32,000 nucleotides of DNA. Origin: Candidatus Saccharimonadota bacterium (GTDB lineage Bacteria > Pseudomonadota > Gammaproteobacteria > Enterobacterales > Enterobacteriaceae). Within the stretch, counting starts at the first letter, position 1. The number at the start of each line of letters is the position of its first letter. The notes under the pieces are model-generated. The model made no database searches. It was not told the DNA's origin and saw only the letters and a list, made by a program, of their open reading frames with translations. The position numbers and the translations under genes are program-made. Where the stretch lies: the NCBI RefSeq assembly GCF_000973505.1, contig NZ_CP010048.1:270001-302000 (forward strand), given 5' to 3'. This document shows, piece after piece, positions 10,383-19,506 of the stretch.

Positions 10383-11549
10383 ATGTCTATTATTAAAATG
10401 ACTGATATAGATTTGCTTGGTAAGCGTGTATTGATTCGTTCAGATTTTAATGTCCCCATAAAAAATGGTGTGATTATTTCTGATGCTAAAATTCGTGCTT
10501 CATTGCCTACTATTGATCTGGCGTTACGAAAAAAAAGTAAATATGTTATAGTTGCATCTCATCTTGGTCGTCCTGTTGAAGGGGAATGTGATGAAAATTT
10601 ATCATTGTATCCAGTTTTTACATATTTAAAAAATATATTTTTGCAGCAGGCTAGTGAAGTGCTATTTATTAAAGATTATTTAAATGGCATTAATGACATT
10701 AGTGATGGGGCACTTGTTATTTTAGAAAATGTTCGATTCAATAAAGGCGAGAAAAATAATGATGAAAGTTTAGCCAAACAATATGCCACTTTGTGTGATG
10801 TGTTTATTATGGATGCTTTTGCTGCTTCTCATCGTACTCAATCTTCAACTCATGCTCTGGCTAAAATAGTTCCTGATGTTTGTTCTGGTTTATTGTTGCA
10901 TAATGAAATAGAAGCTTTGAGTAAGGCATTACATGATCCAAAACGCCCTATGGTTGCAATCGTTGGGGGTTCTAAGGTATCAACCAAATTAACTGTTTTA
11001 GATTCATTGTCACGAGTTGCTGATTATCTTATTGTAGGTGGAGGAATTGCTAATACTTTTTTAGCAGCTCAAGGAAAAAATGTAGGAAAATCTCTTTATG
11101 AATCTGAATTGATACCTATGGCACAGCGTTTATTAGAGAATTGTGATATTCCAATTCCTATAGATGTATGGGTAAGTACAGAATTTTCTGAAACTGCGAG
11201 TGCCACTTTGAAAGTTGTTGATAATATTAATGATGATGAGCAAATTCTTGATTTAGGAAATAGGTCAATTTCTCATATAGTAAATATCGTAACAACTGCT
11301 AATACTATTCTTTGGAATGGTCCACTAGGGGTTTTTGAATTCCCTAACTTTCGTCAAGGTACAGAATTAGTAGCAAAGGCTATTGTTGACAGCCAGGCTT
11401 TTTCTATTGCTGGGGGGGGTGATACATTAATGGCGATTGATTTATTTGGTATTTCTAATGATATTTCTTATATTTCTACTGGTGGGGGTGCTTTTCTTGA
11501 GTTTATTGAAGGTAAACAATTACCATCTATTAGTGTTTTAGAAAGATAG
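10383..11549 (+). CDS. pgk: phosphoglycerate kinase
   Basis: The ORF starts at 10368, but the E. coli Pgk N-terminus MSVIKMTDLDL aligns with [11 protein letters not shown] from the ATG at 10383, which has an AAGG motif upstream. [22 protein letters not shown] and [10 protein letters not shown] are conserved. Confidence 0.96.
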   Translation: MSIIKMTDIDLLGKRVLIRSDFNVPIKNGVIISDAKIRASLPTIDLALRKKSKYVIVASHLGRPVEGECDENLSLYPVFTYLKNIFLQQASEVLFIKDYLNGINDISDGALVILENVRFNKGEKNNDESLAKQYATLCDVFIMDAFAASHRTQSSTHALAKIVPDVCSGLLLHNEIEALSKALHDPKRPMVAIVGGSKVSTKLTVLDSLSRVADYLIVGGGIANTFLAAQGKNVGKSLYESELIPMAQRLLENCDIPIPIDVWVSTEFSETASATLKVVDNINDDEQILDLGNRSISHIVNIVTTANTILWNGPLGVFEFPNFRQGTELVAKAIVDSQAFSIAGGGDTLMAIDLFGISNDISYISTGGGAFLEFIEGKQLPSISVLER

Positions 11550-11674
11550 TTATATGTAGCAATTTATCACATAAATATATTTTATTAATGAATACAATTA
11601 TATTGATATATTTCTGGTTTCTAATTATAGTAACAAGATCATGTTTTACAAAAAAATTATATATAAGGGTGGAT

Positions 11675-12757
11675 GTGTCAAAAGTTTTAGATTTTATTAA
11701 ACCTGGAGTGGTTACTGGTGATGATGTTCAAAAATTATTTTCTTTAGCTAAAGAAAATAATTTTGCTTTACCTGCTATAAATTGTATAGGAATAGATTCA
11801 ATTAATGCTGTATTAGAATCAGCTGCTAAATTTCGTTCACCGGTTGTTATACAGTTTTCTCATACTGGATCATCATTTATGGCAGGACTTGGATTAAATA
11901 TTTTGAATAAAAGGTATTCAAAATCCGTTTTAGGTGCAGTTTTTGGTGCATTATATATACATTATATATCTGGTTATTATGGGGTTCCTGTTATTTTACA
12001 TACTGATCATTGTTCTAAACAATTATTACCATGGTTAAGTTCTTTATTGGATGTTGGTGAAGAGTATTTTTCTATTACCGGAAAACCTCTGTTTTCTTCT
12101 CATATGATTGATTTATCTAATGAACCTTTAAAAGAAAATATTTTGATTAGTTCTCAATATTTATCACGAATGAAAAAAATTAATATGACATTGGAAATAG
12201 AGCTTGGTTGTACAGGAGGAGAAGAAGATGCCATAGATAATACGGCTATAGATAGTGATTTTTTATATACTTGTCCGGAGGATGTATCGTATGCTTATGA
12301 AAAATTACATATCATTAGTTCAAGATTTATTGTAGCTGCATCTTTTGGTAATGTGCATGGTGTATATAGGCCTGGTAATGTAAAATTAAAACCAAAAATA
12401 CTTTATCATTCTCAACAGTATGTATCTAAAAAATTTCATTTACCGAATAATTTTTTGAATTTGGTATTTCATGGAGGTTCAGGTTCTTCGGCAGATGAAA
12501 TTCGAGAAGCAATCAGTTATGGTATTGTAAAAGTGAATATTGACACTGATGTTCAATGGGCGACTTGGTCAGGAATATTGCAATATTATAAAGATAATTA
12601 TTTATTTCTTCAGACACAAATAGGTAATTCTATTGGAGTAGATCAGCCAAATAAAAAATTTTATGATCCTCGAGTATGGATTAGAAAGGGACAACTATCT
12701 GTAGTGAATTGTTTAGAGCAATTTTTCAAAAAGTTAAATATTGTTGATGTTTTGTAA
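11675..12757 (+). CDS. fbaA: class II fructose-bisphosphate aldolase
   Basis: The E. coli FbaA N-terminus MSKIFDFVKPGVITGDDVQK aligns with (V)SKVLDFIKPGVVTGDDVQK from the GTG at 11675, which is preceded by AAGGGTGGA. The upstream in-frame 29 codons have no homolog. Zn ligands in HTDHC, GNVHG and FHGGSG are conserved. It lies downstream of pgk, as in E. coli. Confidence 0.94.
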   Translation: MSKVLDFIKPGVVTGDDVQKLFSLAKENNFALPAINCIGIDSINAVLESAAKFRSPVVIQFSHTGSSFMAGLGLNILNKRYSKSVLGAVFGALYIHYISGYYGVPVILHTDHCSKQLLPWLSSLLDVGEEYFSITGKPLFSSHMIDLSNEPLKENILISSQYLSRMKKINMTLEIELGCTGGEEDAIDNTAIDSDFLYTCPEDVSYAYEKLHIISSRFIVAASFGNVHGVYRPGNVKLKPKILYHSQQYVSKKFHLPNNFLNLVFHGGSGSSADEIREAISYGIVKVNIDTDVQWATWSGILQYYKDNYLFLQTQIGNSIGVDQPNKKFYDPRVWIRKGQLSVVNCLEQFFKKLNIVDVL

Positions 12758-12838
12758 CTTGATGTTATTGATATAATTTTATTGTTAATTATTAATTTTA
12801 TAATTATTAATTATATTAATGTTTCATTGATATATTTA

Positions 12839-12885
12839 AATAACAACATATTAATTGAATTATAAATTTTAATAACAACATATTA
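12839..12885. repeat. direct repeat: 15-nt AATAACAACATATTA x2, 32-nt period
   Basis: Copies at 12839-12853 and 12871-12885 are identical. The repeat is in the fbaA-rpiA spacer. Confidence 0.85.
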
Positions 12886-13123
12886 CACGTTGTGATAATA
12901 TATATTTATAAATATATATTATGATGATTAGTTATGCGTGATGTTTATTAGTTAGTATTTTTTTAGTTAATTGTTTATAGTATCTAATATATTATATATG
13001 AATGGTATGGTAGTAATATTTAATATAAATATAAATGTATGCTGTCTTGTTTGTTTTGTAATTGTAAATTATTTAAATTAATTCAATTTATATTAGTAGA
13101 TATTTGTTATTATAAGGAAAATC

Positions 13124-13792
13124 ATGGTTCAGAACGATCTGAAAAAAATAGTTGGCTGGGCTGTTTTGAAATATATTCAATCTCGCACTATTGTAGGGGT
13201 AGGTACTGGTTCTACTGTTGCATATTTTATTGAAGCTTTAGCAAGCATTAAAAAAAATATTAAGGGAGTGGTTGCCAGTTCGGATGTCTCTTCATTACAG
13301 TTAAAAAAATTGGGAATTCCTATGTTTAATTTAAATAATTTGGATTCATTAGATATTTATATTGATAGTGCAGACGAAATTGATAATCATATGTATATGA
13401 TTAAAGGTGCTGGTGGTGCATTGACACGCGAAAAAATTTTGGCTGCAGTGGCAAAAAAATTTATTTGCATTGTCGATGTGACTAAACAAGTAAATATTTT
13501 AGGTAGTCGTTGTCCATTACCAATAGAAGTTATTCCTATGGCTCGTTCTTTAGTAGCGAGAGAATTGGTGCGGTTTGGTGGTGTTCCTAAGTATCGTCAC
13601 GGGGTAATTACTGACAATGGTAATAATATTCTTGATATTTACAAATTAAAAATTATTAATCCAATCGATTTAGAAGAGAAAATTAACAATATTCCTGGTG
13701 TAGTTAGCGTTGGTATATTTGCTCGTAGATGTGCAGATGTTGTATTAGTTTCCGATAAAAAAGGTATTAAAGTCATTAATGCAAATAGCTGA
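13124..13792 (+). CDS. rpiA: ribose-5-phosphate isomerase A
   Basis: [31 protein letters not shown] and [12 protein letters not shown] match E. coli RpiA. An AAGGA motif lies upstream of the ATG. Confidence 0.95.
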   Translation: MVQNDLKKIVGWAVLKYIQSRTIVGVGTGSTVAYFIEALASIKKNIKGVVASSDVSSLQLKKLGIPMFNLNNLDSLDIYIDSADEIDNHMYMIKGAGGALTREKILAAVAKKFICIVDVTKQVNILGSRCPLPIEVIPMARSLVARELVRFGGVPKYRHGVITDNGNNILDIYKLKIINPIDLEEKINNIPGVVSVGIFARRCADVVLVSDKKGIKVINANS

Positions 13793-13836
13793 AATATTAT
13801 TTTATTTACAAAAGAATAATAGATTTATTTCTGTAG

Positions 13837-14451
13837 TTAATTAAATTTTTTCCATTTCCAGTGAAAAGATGGTGTGATGATTTCTGGTAATGGAACATCC
13901 CATTCTTCTTTTGGAATTCTATTATTAATTTTTTGACAATCATGTGCAAGTCCAATTAAAAGTGTTTTTGAATGATGTGAGTAAGATTTTAATGTATGAT
14001 CATAAAATCCACCACCCATCCCTAATCTGTTACCATATCGATCAAAAGCTACTAGGGGGATCAACAAAATATCTAGTTCTTGATTGAATATTACGTGTTT
14101 TAGATAAAGTTCTGGTTCATATATTTTAAAATGATTAAGTATTAGATTTGTTGATGTTGTATATTTGGAAAATAATAGTATTTTAGGTTTTTTGAAAGGG
14201 TATAAAATTGGTAAATATATTGTTTTTCCAATATTTAATAATTTTTTAATAAGTGGGTATGTTTGTATTTCTCCATCAAAACTTATAAATAATCCGATGT
14301 GTTGTGCTTGTTGAATACGGTAATCATTTATAATATAATTAGTGATTCTTTGTGAAGATTGAATGTGTTCTTTTTTTGTTAAATTTTTACGTATATTTCG
14401 AATATAGTTACGAAGAGATTGACGTGTTTGATTATTATTTATTGTTATCAT
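13837..14451 (-). CDS. ygfA: 5-formyltetrahydrofolate cyclo-ligase
   Basis: LFISFDGEI.T.PLI, YLPIL, LIPLVAFD..GNRLGMGGGFYD and EEWDVPLP match E. coli YgfA. It is downstream of zapA, as in E. coli. Confidence 0.86.
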   Translation of the reverse strand: MITINNNQTRQSLRNYIRNIRKNLTKKEHIQSSQRITNYIINDYRIQQAQHIGLFISFDGEIQTYPLIKKLLNIGKTIYLPILYPFKKPKILLFSKYTTSTNLILNHFKIYEPELYLKHVIFNQELDILLIPLVAFDRYGNRLGMGGGFYDHTLKSYSHHSKTLLIGLAHDCQKINNRIPKEEWDVPLPEIITPSFHWKWKKFN

Positions 14452-14567
14452 GGTGATGTAGTATTTATTGTTTTTGTTTTATACATACATATTTGTACTT
14501 TAAATGATACAATACAATGGAGCTTTAATATTTTTTTTGGTGATATATTTTTTGTAGTAGTTATTTG

Positions 14568-14897
14568 TTATTCAAATTGGTTGTTGGAACGATCTGATAT
14601 TTGTTCATGTTTTAATAATGCTTCTTCAATGGTTTTTTGCAAAATTTGAATATGTTTTTCAATGTTTTTTGCATAATCTTGTATTTTTAGTTTTTCTTGT
14701 GCTAATTCGTGACATATATTGAGAGCAGTAATGAAGGCAATTTGTTCACTATTGTTTATGTTAGTTTTTGATTTGAGAGTGTGTAATCGTGTATTGAGAT
14801 CTTCTACTGCTTGCATAAGAGCTTCTTCTTGTTTATGGGGACACTGCACTCTAAATGTACGTCCAAAAATTTGGACATCTATCGGTTGTCCAGACAT
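14568..14897 (-). CDS. zapA: cell division protein ZapA
   Basis: The 109 aa product MSGQPIDVQIFGRTFRVQCP... ends in NQFE and aligns end to end with E. coli ZapA ([20 protein letters not shown]...NQNFE). Confidence 0.9.
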   Translation of the reverse strand: MSGQPIDVQIFGRTFRVQCPHKQEEALMQAVEDLNTRLHTLKSKTNINNSEQIAFITALNICHELAQEKLKIQDYAKNIEKHIQILQKTIEEALLKHEQISDRSNNQFE

Positions 14898-15568
14898 ATT
14901 ATGTCCTTAAATGTTTATACTATATTTATTTTTAATGTATATTTTTTATTATTAGTTGAGGTGGTTATATTGTTATGATTTAAAATACAATATAGTAAAT
15001 ATAACACATTATTATTTACGATTTGTTGGTAAAGTGTCAAATATTTTAATATATCGTGAAATTCAAGTTTTTTTTGTATTTATATGAATGCATGTTGACA
15101 ACATTCATTAAATACGATCAATGTTTAAGGTCTATGTTATTTTTATTTTTTATTTTAGTATACTGTATAAAATAGATGATGTTATTTTGTATTTACAAAA
15201 AAATTAATTTTTTATTTTTTTAGCAATATATTATAAAAATTATTTTTGTATAGTAATTTAAAGATAATATTGTCATACATGATTGTTATACATGTTATAT
15301 AGTTTTAGTATATAATTTTTTATGAGTTTTTTGAATTAATATAATGTGATTTGTGTATATAATATTGATGTTCGATGTATAATATTATGTATTAGGTGTT
15401 TAGATTTTTATATTATATATTATATGTTATTTTAAATTTTTGAAAAATTTTAGTTTTTTAGTTATTGTATGTACTACATAAAAGTATAAAAAATATTAAT
15501 GATATGTATTTAATGTATTAAAAATAAAATGTGTTTATTTTAATAGTTTAAAAAATTGGTTAGATAAT

Positions 15569-16729
15569 ATGTCTGTTATTATTAATGGTGGAGGGATATC
15601 TGGTGTTATTTTAGCGTTAATGTTATCTAAATTCACTTTGGGAAAGTTACGTATTAATATTATAGAAAGATTACCTAGTAGTTTGTTTTCCAGTGCATAT
15701 GATACTAGATATATTGCTTTATCTCGGAATTCGTATTGCACATTAATGTCTTTTGGTATTTCTTCGATTTTATCCTCTTGTAGTGTTGCTATTAAAGAGA
15801 TAGAGGTTAGTTTTGATAATCGGGATGTTGTACTTTCTGCTTCTGATTATCAGATGTCTGCATTAGGATATGTTATTGAATTACATAGTGTTACATCAAA
15901 AATTTTTAATATGTTAAATAAATTGACTTCTGTTGATTTTTTTTGTCCGGCAAAATTACAGCAGATAATACGAAATCGGTTTGATTGTTCAGTTATTTTG
16001 CATGGTGGCCGTGAAATTTCTGCTCAGTTATTAATAGCAGCAGATGGTTCTTATTCTGTTTTGGGTGATTTATGTGGAATAGAATGGGAATTTTTTGATT
16101 ATAAACAAGTAGCTGTTATTGCTAATATTGTTACTGCCCTTCCACATGAAGGGCGCGCTTTTGAGATATTTACGTGTTATGGTTCTGTAGCTTTATTGCC
16201 TATTTTAAATAGTCAAAGTGCTGTAATTTGGTGTATTCCAATTTCTTATAAAGAAGAGGTTTTAAATTGGAGTTCATCCGAATTTTGTCAAAGTTTACAG
16301 AAAATCGTTAAATGGAAATTAGGTGCTATACTTGATGTTGATAAACGTTATTGTTTTTCTTTATTTTTGCGAAAATCTAAAAGTCATATATCTCATAGAT
16401 TAGCATTAGTTGGTAATGCAGCACAGACTTTACATCCTATTGCAGGACAGGGTTTTAATCTTGGATTTCGTGATGTTCTTAATATTTCTAAAATAATATC
16501 AAATGCAAATGTTAGGAGCATGGATATTGGAGATTATAATATTTTAAAATTATATGAAAAGAGTAGACAATTAGACCAAGGTAGGGTAATTACAATGACA
16601 CATGGTTTAGTCTGTATGTTTAATGGTTCTTGTTTTCCGTTAATATTTTCTGGTAATTTTGTTTTAAGTGCTATGAGACATAGTAAGTTGCTGCGCGATA
16701 TTTTTGTTCGGACAGTGTTAAGTTGGTAG
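15569..16729 (+). CDS. ubiH: 2-octaprenyl-6-methoxyphenol hydroxylase (ubiquinone biosynthesis flavin monooxygenase)
   Basis: MSVIINGGGISG aligns with E. coli UbiH MSVIIVGGGMAG, so GxGxxG is intact. LIAADGSYS keeps the DG motif. VGNAAQTLHPIAGQGFNLGFRDV is identical to the E. coli FAD motif. Confidence 0.9.
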   Translation: MSVIINGGGISGVILALMLSKFTLGKLRINIIERLPSSLFSSAYDTRYIALSRNSYCTLMSFGISSILSSCSVAIKEIEVSFDNRDVVLSASDYQMSALGYVIELHSVTSKIFNMLNKLTSVDFFCPAKLQQIIRNRFDCSVILHGGREISAQLLIAADGSYSVLGDLCGIEWEFFDYKQVAVIANIVTALPHEGRAFEIFTCYGSVALLPILNSQSAVIWCIPISYKEEVLNWSSSEFCQSLQKIVKWKLGAILDVDKRYCFSLFLRKSKSHISHRLALVGNAAQTLHPIAGQGFNLGFRDVLNISKIISNANVRSMDIGDYNILKLYEKSRQLDQGRVITMTHGLVCMFNGSCFPLIFSGNFVLSAMRHSKLLRDIFVRTVLSW

Positions 16730-16765
16730 TAATATTGATTAAATGTATGAGTTGATAGGAATGTT

Positions 16766-18001
16766 GTGAAAAATTTTGATATTATAATAACTGGCCAGAC
16801 CATATCAGGATTGGCGTTAGCGTGTGGATTGCCTCGTAATTTTAAGATAGCTATTTTAAATAATCAAAATCATGGTTATGAGTCTGATGTTGTTTTTGAT
16901 AGCGTTGTAAAACTGTCAATGATTAGTATTGCGGTATTTTATTTGTTGCGTTTTTTAAAGGTTTGGGATACTTATATTATTGATGCAGTAACTTCTTATT
17001 GTTCTGTAAATATTTCTGAAAAAGATAGTTTTAATAGCTTTACCTTTAATTGTTTACATGTAGGTTATCCATGTTTAGGTTATATTGTGGATAGTTCTAT
17101 TATTTATAAGTCGTTATTATTTCGTGCACATTCGTTAGATAATATTTTTTTTATAAATAATTGTGATTGTTACACAACCAAAATAATTGATAAAGGAGAT
17201 ATGTTATGTGTGGTAATGAATAATAGATATTATTTATTAGCTAAATTATTAGTAATTACTGATAGTTGTTTGTCTTTTTTGCATCAAAATTTAGGTATTC
17301 CTGTAACATATTGGCATTATCCGTATAGTATATTACTTGGCACAGTATGTTTTGAACATCCTCATTCTAATATTGTTCGTTATGTTTTTCAAAAGAAAAA
17401 TATATTAGTATTGCTCCCTCTAATGGGAGCGAATTCTTATTTTGTTTTTTGGTTGTTATTTTCTGATTCTTTAAATAATTTTCATGCTTTTGTTGATAAA
17501 AAATATTGGAATGATTTGTTTATGCGTTCTTGTTATGAATTAGGAAAAGCGTCTTTTGAAGATAATATAAAAATTTTTCCATGTGTGGCCAGATATGCTA
17601 GACATTCATCAGTAAGTCGTTTGTTGTTATTAGGTGATATTGTTTATGATATTTCTCCTTTTAAGTATCAAAGTATAAACACATCTTTAATAGATGTAGC
17701 ACTATTATTAGGAGAAATATATAAATTTGGGAAATTTATTTATACAGATATAGGATATAGTTCCTGTTTGTGTGCTTATGAACGGAATAGAAGAAAAATG
17801 ATGATGAAATTTTTTAAGAATATTCAGTATATGCGAATGTTTTTTTCTGGTGATATCCTTTTTCAACAATGCGTTAGGGCTACTGTTTTTCGATTAATGA
17901 ATGAAATTTCTCCATTTGTAGTTTCGTCAGATATTAGTCGTATAATAATTGGGTTTAATGACATACCTAATTGGTTGTTAACTAATAATTTTGATGATTA
18001 A
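16766..18001 (+). CDS. ubiI: UbiI/VisC-family flavin monooxygenase homolog with degenerate FAD-binding motifs (intact ORF, function uncertain)
   Basis: The GTG start at 16766 follows an AGGA motif. The product is colinear with E. coli UbiI (VisC) from the N-terminus (DIIITGQTISGLALACGL vs DVAIVGGGMVGLAVACGL) to the C-terminus (GFNDIPNWL vs GLNDLPEWL). It sits directly after ubiH, as in E. coli. The motif erosion is described in the findings. Confidence 0.75.
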   Translation: MKNFDIIITGQTISGLALACGLPRNFKIAILNNQNHGYESDVVFDSVVKLSMISIAVFYLLRFLKVWDTYIIDAVTSYCSVNISEKDSFNSFTFNCLHVGYPCLGYIVDSSIIYKSLLFRAHSLDNIFFINNCDCYTTKIIDKGDMLCVVMNNRYYLLAKLLVITDSCLSFLHQNLGIPVTYWHYPYSILLGTVCFEHPHSNIVRYVFQKKNILVLLPLMGANSYFVFWLLFSDSLNNFHAFVDKKYWNDLFMRSCYELGKASFEDNIKIFPCVARYARHSSVSRLLLLGDIVYDISPFKYQSINTSLIDVALLLGEIYKFGKFIYTDIGYSSCLCAYERNRRKMMMKFFKNIQYMRMFFSGDILFQQCVRATVFRLMNEISPFVVSSDISRIIIGFNDIPNWLLTNNFDD

Positions 18002-18187
18002 GTGTGAATTCAATATTTTGTAATATAATAAATATGAAATCATGTTTTTTAAAAGTTATACATGTATATGCATTGTTTAAGAAAATATTTGTTGTTTATA
18101 GTATTACAAAGTGTGAAACAATTTAATTTATACACTTTGATGTTATTATATATAAATTTATATAATTTTATTGCATTGATCTGTATA

Positions 18188-19168
18188 TTATGTAATAGAA
18201 TATGGTAGTGGAGAAATTTTAAATATGTTTTTATTTGTTGTATCGTTTATTATTCTAAACTGACTATCATTGGATATGTTATGGGGTAAGACAGCTTGTA
18301 TCCATGTTTCTTTTGTTTGTATTTGACAAGATTCTAGTATTAATCCAATTGGTTTCCATCTATTGTTATACATTTTTATTTCTAAATTGGTACCATTAGT
18401 TGGTAAGTGGTTATTGTTTTTCCCAATTAACCAATACAACGCGCGTTTATTAGTATTTTTATATTGTGTGCGTGCTATAATTTCTTGTCCAATATAGCAT
18501 CCTTTGTTGAAGCTAATACCTTGTAGTATATGGAGGTTAACTGATTGTGGAATTAATTTTTCACTAGTTTGAGTGTTAATTATTGGATATCCCGCCTCAA
18601 TATCTAATGCGGTCCATTGTATTTCGTTATTGCATGTTATTTCTTCGTTTAATTGTTGTAGTATGTGTTTTTTATGTGTTGGGATAAGTAGTAAGAATCG
18701 TTCTTGTGGAAGATGAAAATATAATATTGTTATATCGGTATTATGGACAAGTTTTTTTTGTATGTTTGGAAGTATTGGAAATAGATTTTGTAATTTTTCT
18801 CTTGCATTATTTCCAGCAAAACCAACTAATGTAATAGTGTTGTCAACAGTAATTGTAATATTTGAAAATATTGCATATTTTTTCATTGCTTCTATTTGTT
18901 TATTATATAGCGAACTTCGTTCGATTATAGCCATTTCAGAATTTAAATAAAATACGTACATATTATTGATTATTTTTCCTTGTGGATTACAATGAGCAGC
19001 AAATGTATATTGATTTTTGTTAATTGTATTACAATCGCATGTAAGTTGTCCTTGTAGATATTGAACCGTATCTTTTCCGGATACCTTGATTAATTTCCAG
19101 TCATTTAATGATATTAAAGTACATGGTAAATTTTTTGATGGTATCGGCAATTTATGTGTAGAATTCAT
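18188..19168 (-). CDS. ygfZ: tRNA-modifying / folate-binding protein YgfZ
   Basis: KKYAIFSNITI, WTALDIEAGYPII, the signature NKGCYIGQEIIAR, NKRALYWL and the C-terminal PLPYSI all match E. coli YgfZ. Confidence 0.88.
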   Translation of the reverse strand: MNSTHKLPIPSKNLPCTLISLNDWKLIKVSGKDTVQYLQGQLTCDCNTINKNQYTFAAHCNPQGKIINNMYVFYLNSEMAIIERSSLYNKQIEAMKKYAIFSNITITVDNTITLVGFAGNNAREKLQNLFPILPNIQKKLVHNTDITILYFHLPQERFLLLIPTHKKHILQQLNEEITCNNEIQWTALDIEAGYPIINTQTSEKLIPQSVNLHILQGISFNKGCYIGQEIIARTQYKNTNKRALYWLIGKNNNHLPTNGTNLEIKMYNNRWKPIGLILESCQIQTKETWIQAVLPHNISNDSQFRIINDTTNKNIFKISPLPYSIT

Positions 19169-19394
19169 ATAATTTCAGTATTTTTTATATTTTAATTCTG
19201 TATATTGAGTTTGGTTATAATAAATTGTTTTGAAAAAGTTTAATAATATTTTTGTGGTATTTTTAAAATTTTTCCAAATAATATATCATATTTTTTTATA
19301 AATTTTGACAAATTAGTTCATAACTGCAATTTATTTGTTGATGTGATAAAATGATGTTTTATATAGTAAAGTATAATTTATTTTAAATGAAAGT

Positions 19395-19420
19395 ATTTAG
19401 ATTATTATTTAGATTATTAT
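19395..19420. repeat. tandem micro-duplication: 12-nt ATTTAGATTATT x2 (+AT)
   Basis: Copies at 19395-19406 and 19407-19418 are identical, and the periodicity continues 2 nt further. The repeat is in the ygfZ/prfB divergent spacer. Confidence 0.9.
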
Positions 19421-19506
19421 GAGTCAATTATAATAATTATATTTGATATCTCGTTGTAATAAATGAAAAATTATAATTTTGTAGTAACAAATAATTGGTG
19501 AAAATT

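Noticed and set aside
11588-11674. An in-frame 29-codon hydrophobic N-terminal extension of fbaA (MNTIILIYFWFLIIVTRSCF...) that resembles a signal or transmembrane segment.
   Set aside because: The E. coli FbaA N-terminus aligns exactly with the GTG at 11675, which has a good AAGGGTGGA ribosome-binding site. The extension has no homolog and its composition is what AT-rich DNA yields. The same reasoning applies to the upstream extensions of cyoA, yggS, pgk, lysS, lysA and lon.
14419-14910. Plus-strand ORFs 14419-14649 and 14719-14910 around ygfA and zapA. Similar ORFs occur at 15535-15741 and 16534-16803 (antisense to ubiH and the ubiI start), 10244-10459, 13039-13233 and 29185-29430.
   Set aside because: They overlap the starts, ends or antisense strand of well-supported genes and have hydrophobic or low-complexity composition with no homology. 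They are spurious.
18107-18139. Hairpins and palindromes that might be terminators or operators:
- 8-bp stem CAAAGTGT/ACACTTTG with a 17-nt loop between ubiI and ygfZ (18107-18139).
- 12-bp palindrome TACTAGCTAGTA at 10138-10149.
- 9-bp AT stem at 209-231.
- AAGATC/GATCTT hairpin at 22419-22434.
- 7-bp stem at 24267-24285.
   Set aside because: A rough composition-based estimate predicts tens of such short stems and palindromes per 32 kb at this AT content. None has a GC-rich stem followed by a clean U-tract, and none matches a known operator consensus that I can name.
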